A stretch of 64,000 nucleotides of DNA from the human T2T-CHM13v2.0 reference genome, Homo sapiens. Shown piece after piece: positions 30,605-46,049 of this stretch. Made by a program: the position numbers and the translations under genes. Location of the stretch: the NCBI RefSeq assembly GCF_009914755.1, contig NC_060934.1; one strand, given 5' to 3'. The notes under the pieces were generated by a model. The model was not told where the DNA came from. It was given only the letters and a program-made list of their open reading frames with translations, and made no database searches. How positions within the stretch are numbered: the first letter of the stretch is position 1; the number at the start of each line of letters is the position of its first letter.

Positions 30605-31716
30605 TGTGGGTAAGATTAGTACCTTTTACCATGGATGTAAGGATTACATTCAGTAACAGGTGTGTGTGTGTAGTGTCTGGCACAAAGTAAAATGTCAGCG
30701 CTAATATTATCCTTTAGAAATGGAAGCCATTCTGCCCTCCCAGGAGCCCTGGAGGAACACTCTTTTTAAACACAAGAGCTCTTTGGTGAAGGAAACAGTA
30801 TTAGTAGAGATCAGAATCGGGTTGGTGGTCTTCGGTATCTAATGTGTGATCCAGCAGGGTGTGAGAGGAGTTGGGGGCGCTTGGGAGTCAGTGGCGTGAG
30901 TGTAGTCTTCCTCTTCGGAGATTCATCCATGTTGGTATGCTCTGTTTTTCTTTGATAAGCCCATTGCCCAAGCCAAGCTCTGCTCGCTAGCTCCAGAACA
31001 CAGGTTACATTGCTTACCTGTGTCTTTGCTTTAACCCCTTCCTGTAATCAGAATGGCCTCTTCCTTTCCTCATCAGCTGATTCACCAAGACCCCATTTAA
31101 AAGCTTTTTCCCCTCTGAAGCCTGTTCCCTGACAGCTCCACCCCACAATGAATCTGCTCCTCCGAATTCCTATTATTTGTATCCTTGCATTCCTTTTTCC
31201 TTGCTGTCTTGTAGATCCCATTTCTTCAACTAGACTGGGAGTTCTTTAAGGGATGGGATCGTGGTTATACTTCCTGGTCTCCATTTCACTATCTTCCCTC
31301 TAGTGGATCCACAGTAAATACTCACAGGTTGAAAAAAAAGTAAGTAAATTTTTAACCCATGCAAATGTCAATATATGTATTGTAGGCAAGACTGCTAATT
31401 CTAGGAGTTGTCAGCTCTTGTTGACACTTTTTAACTTTATGGAGCACCGCAAAGAAAACTGCCATTTAAGAGCTTGCTTAAGTTAGAAAGCAATAAAAGT
31501 GAAGAATATTCTAGGCCTGGTCCATAAATCCTTCCCAAGCACAATCTTCATGCTCTTTCCTTGTCTTCCTGCTGAATGGAGAGCATTTTGAGGACTGAGG
31601 GGAAGGTGGAACCATAACATGAAAGGAGCCTGGATTCCTGAGTAGCTGCTTGGAGGGGAGCCAACCAGGAGAGATGCCTGGGCAGGAGGACTCATGTCAG
31701 ACTTGCATGAGAAGTA

Positions 31717-31720
<4 letters not shown>

Positions 31721-31754
<34 letters not shown>
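31721..31754. repeat. (CA)17 microsatellite
   Basis: Direct reading. Confidence 0.97.
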
Positions 31755-31755
<1 letters not shown>

Positions 31756-32850
31756 CAGGTAATGCCCATGCGTCTTGTCAGTTGGATGTTTTCTCATTAG
31801 AAAAATGACTATAGTTAGGGCTGAATTAAAGGTAGGCATTGCCTTAATTTATGGTTGGTACAATCTGAGTGTAAATGTGTCCCCCATCTAGAATCTGTGG
31901 TTAGTCACTATTTCAGAATAATGCTCCCACAGGGTTTTCTCTGTGTGTACTGTTGATAACCACAGTAATTCCATCAGCCTCACATTGTTGATCATGTTTG
32001 GATGGGCTACCATCCGCTGAATGGTTTGGCTGCAACAGGGACTGACTCACAATTCCGTAACCTAAAATCCACTGTAGTGAGTCATTATTTTCTGTCCAGC
32101 TGACACTCAAAGCTGGCAGTCCTCTCTCTGACAGGACGCTTACAGGAGCCTCCTAATTTGAGATTTAGCAGAGATCCTGCTCTGGGATTCCAGGATTGGT
32201 CAACAGTTCCTATAACTGAGCTGTGAGGATGAGAGGATCTCAAGCCACAGCAAATAGAGGACCATTGGCATCCCGATGAGATGGGACCCCTGTAACCTGC
32301 CCTGATCTGGAGGTGGTCAGACAGCTCAGCCTTCCAGCTCCCAACCCTGAATTTGGACATGGCCCACAAAGGCCTGGATCACAGAAAAGACTGTCATCAC
32401 ACCCTTGCCTTGAAGCCCTGTCCTTCACTCTTATGGGTCCTTCCTCACACAGTTTTCCTAAGCTCATTATCTGCTTTCCCAACCCAGGATGTTGAGCTGT
32501 AACAAGAAGATGATGCAGGGATGAGGAGATGGGAGGCAGGTGTTAGACAAATGACAAGAGCTGTCGGCCCAGAGTCATCACTCGGGGAGGAGAAAAACAC
32601 ACCCAACACACAATGACATTATGATAGAATACAACAGAGATGTACGGGGTGAATCTCAAGTGCATGGAAAAAATAATTTCTGTTCATTGTTGTTGTGGTT
32701 TAGATGGTAGAACTATCACTTTCAGCCTCTGCTAGGAGAAAGCTACCTTTCGCTAATAACGGAAGAGCTCATCGATTTCAGACTCTCATCCCAACTTCAC
32801 CTCCCCACATCATTCACTTTTCTTTCTTTTTTCCTTCTGGGTGTGCACAG

Positions 32851-33045
32851 AGGAGGGCGCACGGAGACGGAACTTGCTCTGAAATACCTTCTGCACAGAG
32901 GGTTGCCTGGAGGCAGAAATGCTTCTGTGCCCCAGATCCTCATCATCGTCACTGATGGGAAGTCCCAGGGGGATGTGGCACTGCCATCCAAGCAGCTGAA
33001 GGAAAGGGGTGTCACTGTGTTTGCTGTGGGGGTCAGGTTTCCCAG
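32851..33045 (+). CDS. VWA2: VWA2 coding exon 5 (KGGRTETELALKY...IIVTDGKSQG...FAVGVRFP)
   Basis: gtgcacag acceptor, AG|gtaag donor, 195 nt, phase 2-2; VWA motifs T and TDG. Confidence 0.97.
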
Positions 33046-33839
33046 GTAAGAGCCTCAGTCACCCTGGATCAGCCCTCAGGTGGTCAGCCTGGGGATCGTG
33101 ACATGGCCATGGGAGGGAAGGGAGGGGACTGGAAGAGCCGTCCAGGTCCTTCCCTGGATCTGTCTTTTCCTCACTTTGCCATTTTGACTCCAGTGCACAG
33201 GAAGCTCCAATCTTTTGGAGCCTGTATTTGCATTGATTTTGGTTTTGTTTGAAAACTCAGTTGCAAGTGCCAGAAACTCTGCTGAAATTTATTTGGGCAA
33301 AAATGGAAATTCATGGAGTGATCTCATTCACTGGGTGGGATGGGGGTCCCTCAGGGTGTGCAGGAGCCAGGGACTTCAGTGTCATCGAGATTCTTCCACA
33401 TATCTCTGCTGTTCTCTGCCTGTTGCCTCCTCTCGTACCCTGACTTTATTAGGAAGCTGGAACTGGAGCTGTGGACGGTGCCCAGCTCACGTCTTCAGAG
33501 CTCCACCCTGGAGAGAAAAGACCCCTTTCCACAGTTTAACAATCCAATAAAATATTCTAATCAGCCTGAGGCAGAGCCCACTCTTGGGGCCAAGGGAGTA
33601 GGAGTCTGACTGGCCACTCCCCCTTTACCCCATTTGTCTAGCTGCTGGGCAAATAGGCTTTCCTAGAAGAGAGGAGGGTACAGATCCTTAATGCTCTCAA
33701 ACCAAAAAATGGACGTCACTTATGCCATGGACCAATAGTTATTGTGAGCGTTAAGTGAAATGACTCTGGTCTGGGCACTGTGTTTGCACACAGAAATCTC
33801 TTCATTAATTTTAGTACATTATTTAATTTCTCAGTTAAT

Positions 33840-35350
<1,511 letters not shown>

Positions 35351-35756
35351 CCATGTCCTGGAAATGGTGATGACATCATTGTCATCAATCATTGTGATCA
35401 GCAAGTTGGCATTTAACACAGCCTGCCTTAGCCTTCATTGGCTCATTTTGTCTTCTCAAATATAGGCAATACAAACTCCTGGAGAGAGGAGAGAGGGACT
35501 TTGCCTCATGGCCCTCTGCCCGCCGTTTCCCACATTGTGCCAGACACAGTGCCTTGAGCATAGCCATTGCCAAAGATTTGTCCATGAGGGTAGAACCCAC
35601 CACACGGTGGGAATCCCTGTCTCCTTCCAGTGCTTTCTTCTTCAGCAGGTAGCTGGAACAGTGCCTCTCAAACTGGACCAGTATTTTGTTTTTTTGGTTT
35701 TTTTTCCCCCAGATACACCATGGACTGATAACTTTTTAAAAATACAATAAAAATGA

Positions 35757-36050
35757 GGCCGGGCATGGTGGCTCACGCCTGTAATCCCAGCACTTTGGGA
35801 GGCCAAGGATGGTGGATTACTTGAGGTCAGGAGTTTGAAACCAGCCTGGCAAACAGGATGAAACCCTATCTCTACTAACAATATAAAAATTAGCCAGGCA
35901 TGGTGGTGGGTGCCTGTAATCCCAGCTACCCAGGAGGCTAGGGCAAGAGAGTCACTTGAACCCAGGAAGCAGAGGTTACAGTGAGCCGAGATTACGCCAC
36001 TGCAGTCCAGCCTGGGTGACAGAGGGTGACTCCGTCTCATAAAACAAAAA
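35757..36050 (+). mobile_element. AluS
   Basis: Alu dimer. Confidence 0.92.
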
Positions 36051-36373
36051 TAAATTAATTAGGGGAAAAATGAAATAAACACAATATAAATTCAAATGTT
36101 TATTATTTGATTCAGCAGACATAAAATGACTGTCTCATCGCTGTCCAGTTAGTTTGTCAGTGTTTCAGTGTCTGCGCTTGTCCCCTCTGCACCAGCGTTT
36201 AATGCTTAGGGAGCTGCTCTGCCCACCCATTGCTCTTTGAGCAGCCATGGCCTAGAGAGATGAGAAGCCATTCCTTGGGAGGGGGATGGCCTGAGCTGAG
36301 GGCCATGTAGGGCTCCCAGGACCACCTGACCCACCCCTCCCCACTCCCACCAAAGGGCTGAGTCGCTGTTGCT

Positions 36374-36551
36374 CACTGGTTCTCAACGTGTGCTCCCTGG
36401 ATGCAGTATCTTCGTCACCTGGGAGCCTGCTGGAAACGCACAGCCTGTGGCCCCACACCACTGAATCAGAAACTCAGAGTCAGAGAGCCTTGGTCTGCTC
36501 TTCATCCTGCCTTCAGTGACTCTGATGCCCACCAGAGTTTGAGGGTCACTG
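36374..36551. mobile_element. MER5A-like DNA transposon
   Basis: cactggttctcaac...actgaatcagaaactc...gtttgagggtcactg with terminal inverted repeats. Confidence 0.75.
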
Positions 36552-36615
36552 CCAAGGGCAGCGTGAAACTCTACAAGCAATAAAGCAAAAAAACTGATAC
36601 TGGTTCAGTCTCTAC

Positions 36616-36928
36616 TTTTATTTTTTTGAGACAGGGTCCCGCTCTGTCACCCAGGCTGGAATGCAGTGGCACGATCATGGCTAACTGCAGCCCTGACCTC
36701 CTGGGCTCAAGTGATCCTCCCACCTCAGCCACCCAAGTAGCTGAAGTAGCTGGGAATACAGATGTCTGCCACGACACCCAGCAATTTTTTTTTTTTTTTT
36801 TTTTTTTTTTGTAGAGACAGGGTTTCACTGTGTTGCCCAGGCTGGTCTCAAACTCCTAAGCTTGAGGGATTCTCCCGCCTCGGCCTCCCAAAGTACTGGG
36901 ATAACAGGCGTGAGCCACTGCACCTGGT
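36616..36928 (-). mobile_element. AluJ-like element
   Basis: Alu consensus with J-type positions. Confidence 0.9.
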
Positions 36929-36986
36929 CTCTTTCCGCCTTTTGAGCCCCTTCTCTGACAGTTCTCAGCTCTGGCTCAGCATCTGA

Positions 36987-37592
<606 letters not shown>

Positions 37593-38024
37593 TCCGACTG
37601 TGTGTCTTCTTAAAATGAGGTTTCTCAACATCGCCTAACCCTTTCTTCATGTCCTAGTGTCACCATCTGTACATCATTTTCCTCCTGGCACAAACAGCGC
37701 TGCCCTATGGCTATCGAGGTGTGCTGGCCGCTTCCTCTAGATGGCCTCCTATTGCTGGCCTTGGAGTTCTTACGTCCATTGTTTATCATTCCTCAGTCTT
37801 TTTTTCTGTTACCAGCTATGCTTGCTTGTTCTTTGCTTGCTGTCACCTCGAACCACTTTCTTTCATTTCCATTCCGGTTAACTGTTTTCCTCACCAGCTA
37901 TGGGTCTGACAAAACCAGACACTAAATCTGTGCTGCCATCCACAAGGAACCCACGGCCTAGAAGATGAGGGGGCAGGAGGAGGGTGGGTATAGGACCACA
38001 AGCTGTTACAACCCCTTGGCACAG

Positions 38025-38158
38025 GTGGGAGGAGCTGCATGCACTGGCCAGCGAGCCTAGAGGGCAGCACGTGCTGTTGGCTGAGCAGGTGGAGGATGCC
38101 ACCAACGGCCTCTTCAGCACCCTCAGCAGCTCGGCCATCTGCTCCAGCGCCACGCCAG
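38025..38158 (+). CDS. VWA2: VWA2 coding exon 6, end of VWA1 (RWEELHALASEPRGQH...SSATP)
   Basis: ggcacag acceptor, G|gtaag donor, 134 nt, frame consistent. Confidence 0.95.
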
Positions 38159-38829
38159 GTAAGATCTTCCAGCCTGGAGGGAGTGGAAGTGCCATGTGGG
38201 GTCGGGGAGGGCTCCCTGAGGCAAGAGGTCAGGACCCAGGAGCCTCCCAAGGATGGAGGGCAGGCAAGAGAAACAGAGACCGGCAGCCTCCACCCTGGAT
38301 GCTCTGCGTCTCCCTGTGCCCTGCCCTGTGGGTTTCCCAGCTGGGAGCCCCGAGCTTGTCTTCATGGAGGTAGAGGGGCCCAGGGTTTGAGACCCAAATG
38401 TAGTAGGTTCCCTGTCCCCTGCTCAAGAGACAGAGCCAAGTCTCCTCCCCCTGCCTTGGACCACACAGAGGAGCACAAGGAGGCTTTGTGCTTGGTGCGA
38501 GATCCCTGCATTCTAGTCGTCCTTGTCAGGGTCCACCCAGGAGCCACATTGATGACGTTATGTGGAATGTACATGTGTGCCCATTACGCAAAAGCTGTGT
38601 GGGGTGGGGCCCAGCAGAGGAGATGCTCAGAGACTGGATGCCCCGCTGAACAGGCAGAGCAGGGCCCTTCACCCAGAGATATGCCCTGACCTGAGAGAGC
38701 AGAAAGTGGCCAGCCTGGAAGTGTGGTGGAACCTCCCAGGAGCGGGAGCAGCTGCTGGGGAAGCGTGTGTGGCAGGAGGAGGTGGAACCCTGTCTCCTCC
38801 GTGGGTGTGGGTGTGTGTTGTGGACACAG

Positions 38830-38962
38830 ACTGCAGGGTCGAGGCTCACCCCTGTGAGCACAGGACGCTGGAGATGGTCCGGGAGTTCGCTGGCAATGCC
38901 CCATGCTGGAGAGGATCGCGGCGGACCCTTGCGGTGCTGGCTGCACACTGTCCCTTCTACAG
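38830..38962 (+). CDS. VWA2: VWA2 coding exon 7, Cys-rich region (DCRVEAHPCEHRTLEM...HCPFY)
   Basis: gacacag acceptor (GT-rich, weak), AG|gtttgt donor, 133 nt, frame consistent with neighbours. Confidence 0.9.
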
Positions 38963-40823
38963 GTTTGTCTGCGCGGTCTGGGCTCGGCCTGGGTGGAGAT
39001 GAAGGCCCCCACCCCTGAGCTGCGGGGAGGATAGTACTTTGGGGCCCTGCCATGGAGATTGTGACAGGGATCGAAGGAGACCTGGGAGGGAGCCAGGGAC
39101 GTAGCCATGGGAGAACAGGGAGAGGCACAGCTACTCAGTGTCAGCATCCCTTAACACACAGCCCAGGTACCCAGGGTGAGCACTGGTGGCAGGGTCACAG
39201 GCATTCTGGAAGGCTGGTGAGTGAGCCAAGTGCTGGCCCTGCAGGGCGGTGGTCTGCACTTGGGATATTGATTTGGTAATTTGGTTCCTCTGAGCACCAG
39301 TTTCCACATTATGGGGGCTGAGTGAGGCAAGAGGATAGAGATCCTCAGATGAATTCCAGTCAGGGAGGCTATGGGATGCTGGGTTCTTTGGGATTGGAGC
39401 CCAGGCACCCAAGAGCACCTGCTGCCCGTCTGCCCACCCATCCCTCCCAAACACTCCCCACACTGTTCCTGGGCACTTTCTTTAGACTACCTGCCATTCA
39501 GCACCTCTGTCCGGAGACTGGTGACCCTGCCCCTCTCCCTTTCTGGGGGGCCGGGGCAGTGTTTGAATCAGCTGCATCTTTACCCATTGGTCCTCCCCCA
39601 GCGATGAGCTCACAGCACAGCACACAGCAGTGAAATGGATTGGCTGAGAAGCCTTAGGGCTGTGCTGGGCTGATGGAGAATCCAAAGACTGTTTCTCTGG
39701 GAAAGGCCAGCCCCCTACATAAGGGTCAGAGGAGATGAGGTCTCATGCCACTCTGGGGCCACCAGAGGCTCTCCTCAGAACCCAACCTCTCAAGTGAAAG
39801 GAGGAGTTGATTCGTTCCTTGGTGGCCACTTTCTAAGTGCCTGCTCAGAGCCAGGCAATGTGCAATAAGAAGACAGTACAGTTGCTGCCCCCAAGGAATC
39901 ATGGTTTAGAGGAGGGCATTGGAAAAGGAGACCAGCGGCCACCCTGAGGCATCCTAGGTGTTGGGATGGAGTCTGTCCTCTCTGGGATGTCACAGAGAAG
40001 GGGCTGCTCGAGCAGTTTTGCAAGATTTGGAACTGTGGCAGTGGGCAAGGCGCTCAGAGCCGGGAGCGGCTGGAAGAGGCTGGTGGCTGCAGTGTATACT
40101 TCCTGGGCCTTGCATTCAGACTCTGCTCTCAGGCTGCTGAATTTTTAATCTTAGCAGAACCACTAGGGAGCGGTGAACTTACCACTGCATGTTTCTATGT
40201 TTGAAAAGGGGTGTGATAATAATCATACCTGCCCTACAGGTTTGTTGAGAACAGGCGGTGATTTAATAGGTAGATGTGTTAATATTGCAGGCTCCTAGAA
40301 TGAAGCATTTGGGAGCTCTTCACCCATTTCTTCACTCAAGAAATACCCACTGAGGGCCTCCTGTGCTCCTGGCACTCACCCAGGTCCTGGGAAATCAGCA
40401 CCAGCATCTCAGAAACACATCTACCCTCACAAGCTGACGCTCCAGTAATGGGAGGCAGTCATTCCAAAATGAATACAGAAAATAAACTGTTCAGTGGTAG
40501 CAGGTGCTGTGGAGGAACACAGCAGCAAGATGGGGATGCGGTGGGGTAGGCGGGGGGTTGGGGCAAGGTCACAGTTTGAAATGGAGTGGCCAGGGAGGGC
40601 CTTGCAGAGCATGTGGCATTTGTGTCCAGACCTGAGGGAGGTGGGGGGCAAACTGTGTGCAGGTCCCTGCAAAGCCCTGTTGGTAGTGTCTGCTCCATAA
40701 ATGCTGATTCCCAGGGAAGCCTAAATCAGGGAGGGGGAAGGGCCCAGGGATCTTTCTGGGCTAGGACTTGTGGCTTTATGAGGTCACTAGGATAGACATG
40801 GAAGAGAAGACGATTTCTCTTGA

Positions 40824-41144
<321 letters not shown>

Positions 41145-42128
41145 CTTGGCAACCTTTATTTCAGCAACTCCATGAGCTCTGAATTGACTTGGCGTGTACT
41201 CCATTTTACCCCAGGGAAGACCCTGCCCTAGAGGAGCACCTGATTGGCCTGCCCCTGTGTGGGCAGCCCAGGGTGGGATCTTGTTGGAAGAAGCCTTATT
41301 TGGAGAACTTTAGGGAATGTTTCTGCCAAGGCCCAAGAGTCTCCTCAGGTGAGGCCATCCCAGGAGCTGCTGCCAACCCAGAGTGGGGCTTTCTGCCCCC
41401 AGATGAGGAACCGCTCCTGTGACAGCAGGGCACATGGCCCCGGAGACTCAGGAGAGGCGAGGGTGAGGCCCACAGGGTAGAGTGGGGGGATTTGGAGTCA
41501 TGGTCAGGGTTTGGATCCCAGCTCTGCTGTGTTCCGGTAATTATGTGACCTCAGGGGCCCTAAGTGAGCCCTCAGAACCCATTTCCCTATCTGGAACATG
41601 GAGGGAACCATCTCTTCAGGTAGCTGTGATTCATGGAACACCAGCAGGTGGAAGCCACCCAAGGAATGGTGGCTGCTGTGTTATCACAGAACGTTAGTTC
41701 TCCAGCAGACCTGAGAAGTCATTGAGTCCAGTGGCTTACATGTCTTGACCTGCAGAGCCTCGTGTGGACACTTGTTGTGTGGACCAGATAGTAGCAGCAC
41801 ACCTGGGGTGGAGGGGCGGGGCTGGGGCACTGCGGGAGGCCTGGAGCCTTGCTCCTTCAGTGCTCTTCTCTCCCCATCGAAGCTTTAAGGAATACAGTTG
41901 AAAAGTGAAGATAGAATTACTATACAAAGAGGAAAGTGAAGACCAGAGGAGGAAAGTAACATGTCTGTGGTCACACAGCCAAAATCCAGTTGCCCAGTTC
42001 CCAATATTTCTCTCCCTACTGCATCGTAAGCCTCAGAAAGTAACTTATAATAAAAAGCTGTTGCTACAGTTTGGGGTTTTGCATGTGGATGTCCCTAATT
42101 TCAAATGTGATAGCCAGCTTATGTTACC

Positions 42129-42414
42129 TTTTTTTTTTGAGATGGAGTCTTACTCTGTTACCCAGGCTGGAGTGCAGTTGTGCAATCTCGGCTCACCGCA
42201 ACCTCTGCCTCCTGGGTTCAAGCATTTCTGCCTCAGCCTGCTAAGCTGGGATTACAGGCACATGCCACCACGCCCAGCTAATTTTTGTATTTTTAGTAGA
42301 GACGGGGCTTCACCATGTAGGCCAGGCTAGTCTCAAACTCCTGACCTCAAGTGATTTGCCTACCTTGGCCTCCCAAAGTGTTGGGATTGCAGGCGTGAGC
42401 CACCACTCCCAGCC
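42129..42414 (-). mobile_element. AluS
   Basis: Alu consensus. Confidence 0.9.
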
Positions 42415-42626
42415 TATTTTTTTTAATTGTCACTGGATAGTTTGAAACATTCCCTACTCTATGTGCAGAGAAAAGTTAGGGTAGAATCAAGAAACAAAAC
42501 CAGGAAGTCTTTCTTACTTCTGCATTGGAATCTTCTATCAGCTTTTGGTGTTGTAAATCATCTTCTGTTTTCTGCCCTCCCCTTACACCTCTGATCTGTC
42601 TATAATTCTGTTTCCTTGGATTGTAG

Positions 42627-42682
42627 CTGGAAGAGAGTGTTCCTAACCCACCCTGCCACCTGCTACAGGACCACCTGCCCAG
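42627..42682 (+). CDS. VWA2: VWA2 coding exon 8, Cys-rich region (SWKRVFLTHPATCYRTTCP)
   Basis: tttccttggattgtag acceptor, G|gtatgg donor, 56 nt, phase 2 to 1. Confidence 0.92.
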
Positions 42683-43351
42683 GTATGGTCTGTCTCTTGG
42701 ATTTACAGGTTCTTTCAGGGCCCTGGGCCCAGGCTGCTTTGTAAAGTGGCTTTTACAATCCTGGGACAGAGGGTGGGGTTGTGACTGGCTCCAGGGCAGA
42801 GGGATGGGGCACTTGGGGGGCAGAGGAGAGTGTGCTCTTGACTCCCTCAATGGTGTTTGCTCATTAAGAATGGAGTGGCGGCTTTGGGATTACTCCCCTG
42901 AACCAGTGTTGTGTGCATTGGTGAGAGGCAGAGAGGCAGGCACCGAGCACCAGCTTTGCAGACATCCTCAAAGCCAGCACCAAACTCAGGGCAAGATATC
43001 TGAGTGATTTCCTCCTCTATAAAACATAGTGGTTTGTCCGATGTCTGGAAGCCCATTTCCCTCCTCCATGTGAAAGGGGGTCATCGTATATGAGGTCCTA
43101 GTGAAGATTCAGTAGATAATGCCCATGGAAGTAATCCCTCAGCTGTAAAATCCCAAATTAACGTGAGGAATCATCGATGCCATTATGCATCATTCAGCAT
43201 GGTTCACCAGTGTGCCCTCACTATCCCTCACTTGGGGTGCTAGTGACCCCACTGACCTGGGAGCTTGAAATTGCCCTTCAATGTGTAGGTGTCAGTCCTG
43301 GGGTGGATTTGTTACTCCCGATGAGTAGCCTGTCTCCCGGAAGCAATGCCG

Positions 43352-43523
43352 GCAGTTAGACACACAGGCAGGGCAGCGAGCAGTTAGACACACAGGCAGG
43401 CAGGGCAGCGAGCAGTTAGACACACAGGCAGGGTAGCGAGCAGTTAGACACACAGGCAGGGTAGCGAGCAGTTAGACACACAGGCAGGGTAGCGAGCAGT
43501 TAGACACACAGGCAGGGTAGCGA
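43352..43523. repeat. Minisatellite, 6 copies of 28-bp gcagttagacacacaggcaggg(c/t)agcga
   Basis: Units start at 43352, 43380 (32 bp), 43412, 43440, 43468, 43496. Confidence 0.98.
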
Positions 43524-44973
43524 GTGTCCCTATTTGGGGTTAGGTGATCCCTTCAGTATGTTCACAAGGTTTACAGTTCCAGCACCACGGCCTCTGAAGC
43601 ACAGGAGAATCTGAGAGTGGAGCTGTTTCTGCTCAGAAATTAGGGTTTGAGGACTTCCGGTTTGGAAACTAGAGTGAAATGGCTTTCAGTCCCAGCTTTG
43701 CCTCTTACCAATGATCTGACCTGGGGCATGTGACTTCTATTCATTGAGCTTCAGCTTCCTCATCTGTCATATAGGGTTTTTATAGTTCCTACCTAAGGTT
43801 GTGACAATGAAATGGGACCATGCGTGTATTGTGCTTAGCACAGTCCCTGGCACATAATAGATGCTCAGTTAAAGGCCACTGTCGTCGATCTCAGTGAGCC
43901 CCCAGCTATTTCCACAGTCTTCTGGCTGATACAACAGCAGCCCCAGCGAAGTGCCTAGACTTAGCCTCAATCTTTTCTGCCTTTGAAAAGTCTATATTTT
44001 AATTACAATGATGTGGCCATCAAGAAAGAGATTAATATTTGTAAGCAAAAAGGACAAGAAAATGCCAGTCCCAGTTGTGACCACACTCAGCTGCTTATCC
44101 AGCTCTTGGAATACATGATCACATGAAGACCTTGTTTGTTTTCTGTAACCCTGGGAAGGAGGTCATGTGGTTTTAGCTGCACTTTGTAATAATTGATAAG
44201 GAAAGCAATGAGATGCTCAGGCATGGACCACAGGGAATCATAGATCAGACGCTTCAGAATGGGCCAGATTTTGACACAGGCTGTGGTTTCCCATGTAAAC
44301 TTTCAGCTTTGAAGAGGCCTTGCTCATAATTTGCATCTCACATCCAAAAGTCAATACTGTCATTACCTGTTGGGGAGTGTTTTTTTAGTGCTGAGACTTT
44401 CTGCGGATTAATTCATTTAATCCTCACAATAACCCCACAGAACAAGTTCAGTTCCCATCACTCCTTTTTAGATGAGGATATGAAGATGGGAGAGGTTAAT
44501 TAAGGTGCCGGAGGAAGTGGAAGAGGCCACATTCAGTCCTGAGCAGCCTGACTGCAGGATCCGAAGGCTGGTGTGTTTTGCTGTGCCAGGTGCAGAGGCC
44601 ATTAAGACAACCCTGTGTAGAACTTAGAAGACAGGGCCCCATTGGCACCGCAGCTCTCTCTCAGTCTTGAGGCACCCACACTTGATGCTACGGGGAGCTT
44701 CCTCCTTGTCAAGCTCCAGTCTAACACCAGTTCATCACACAGGGCCTTACCAAGCCTGCTACAGAGCATCCTTTACCACCCGTGCCCAGCCCCTCCTTTA
44801 TGAACTCCACAGTGCTTTCCCCTCTCTGCTGCAGATTTCCTGGTGGACTGTGGGGGAAGGGAGGGGCTGGGCCACTGCTAGAGCAGGAAGCCAGCTGCAC
44901 CCACACCTCTGGCCAGTCCTCTCCACTCCTCTGTGCTGTGGTGCTTAGCGGTTAATGGGCATCTCTCTGATAG

Positions 44974-45081
44974 GCCCCTGTGACTCGCAGCCCTGCCAGA
45001 ATGGAGGCACATGTGTTCCAGAAGGACTGGACGGCTACCAGTGCCTCTGCCCGCTGGCCTTTGGAGGGGAGGCTAACTGTG
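44974..45081 (+). CDS. VWA2: VWA2 coding exon 9, EGF-like domain 1 (GPCDSQPCQNGGTCVPEGLDGYQCLCPLAFGGEANC)
   Basis: ctctctgatag acceptor, G|gtaggt donor, 108 nt, phase 1-1, six-Cys EGF pattern. Confidence 0.96.
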
Positions 45082-46049
45082 GTAGGTATGCACCGGCCCT
45101 GCAAGACTGACCACTGGGGAGCAAGAAGAGGACGGGCTCCCCTTTTCATTGCACGCCCTTCCAGCTGCTGGGTAGAAACTGGCCCTTGAACCATCTGCTT
45201 TCCAATGCACCACTGGTCTGCAGTTCACGTGGTGCAGCCTGTCAGTGCTCCGTGAGTAGATAATTGGGGTGGCTGAGCTCTGGATGAGACAGTGGCTCCC
45301 AGCTTATTAGCTGCAGAATGGTCACTGCTTGAAGTTTGAGTGCTGCCCAGCCCAGCTGAAGGCAGGAGTCCACCCAACTCTGGCTCCCAGTCCTGGGCAG
45401 AGTCTTTTCTTCTCTATTCTATGAAAGCAGAGCAAGGAGCCCCGATTCCTTTTGATTTTAGAGGTGTGAAATGAAGATGATAGTAGGCTTTACCTCACTG
45501 GGTGGTTGAGAGTTTTAAATAAGATTATGCAAAGTGCTTAGTACCATGCTTGATGCATATAAGGGCTTGATGAATAATAACTTTTAAAAACAAGTGATAC
45601 TGGGTTAGTTGAAGATCTGTATGAAAACAATCTTGACCCTGTACCTCACAACCCTACCAGAAGTCAATTCTAGCGTGGCTATAGACCTCTGTGCAAAAGG
45701 CAAAGCAGTGAAGCCTGTAGAAGCAAACACAGGAGCATATATTTTCATGATCTTGAGGCAGACAAAGATTTCTCAGGACACACACAGGACTAACCATAAT
45801 GGAAAAAAGTGATAATGTAGATGGCATTTTTCTTTAAAAAGTGGCTAGATGGAGACCCTTAGCGAGTGCCAGGAGTGCCATGTCTGGCCTTGTCTCTAAC
45901 TCTGTGACGAGCACGGGTCACTTAAGCTCGGGGGGCCCACAGTTTCTCTGCACCATCTCCCTCCTGGGAGATGTTCGGCATCTCGGGTGGGACAGCTCGC
46001 ATGCCGCATGACCATGGCTTGACAGTGGGTGTTGCTGTGATCCCCGCAG

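Noticed and set aside
38039-39147. Overlapping 146-216 aa ORFs on both strands
   Set aside because: GC-rich shadows of VWA2 exons; no independent domain or splice structure
43352-43523. CRISPR-like array (28-bp repeats)
   Set aside because: No spacers, head-to-tail units, eukaryotic context
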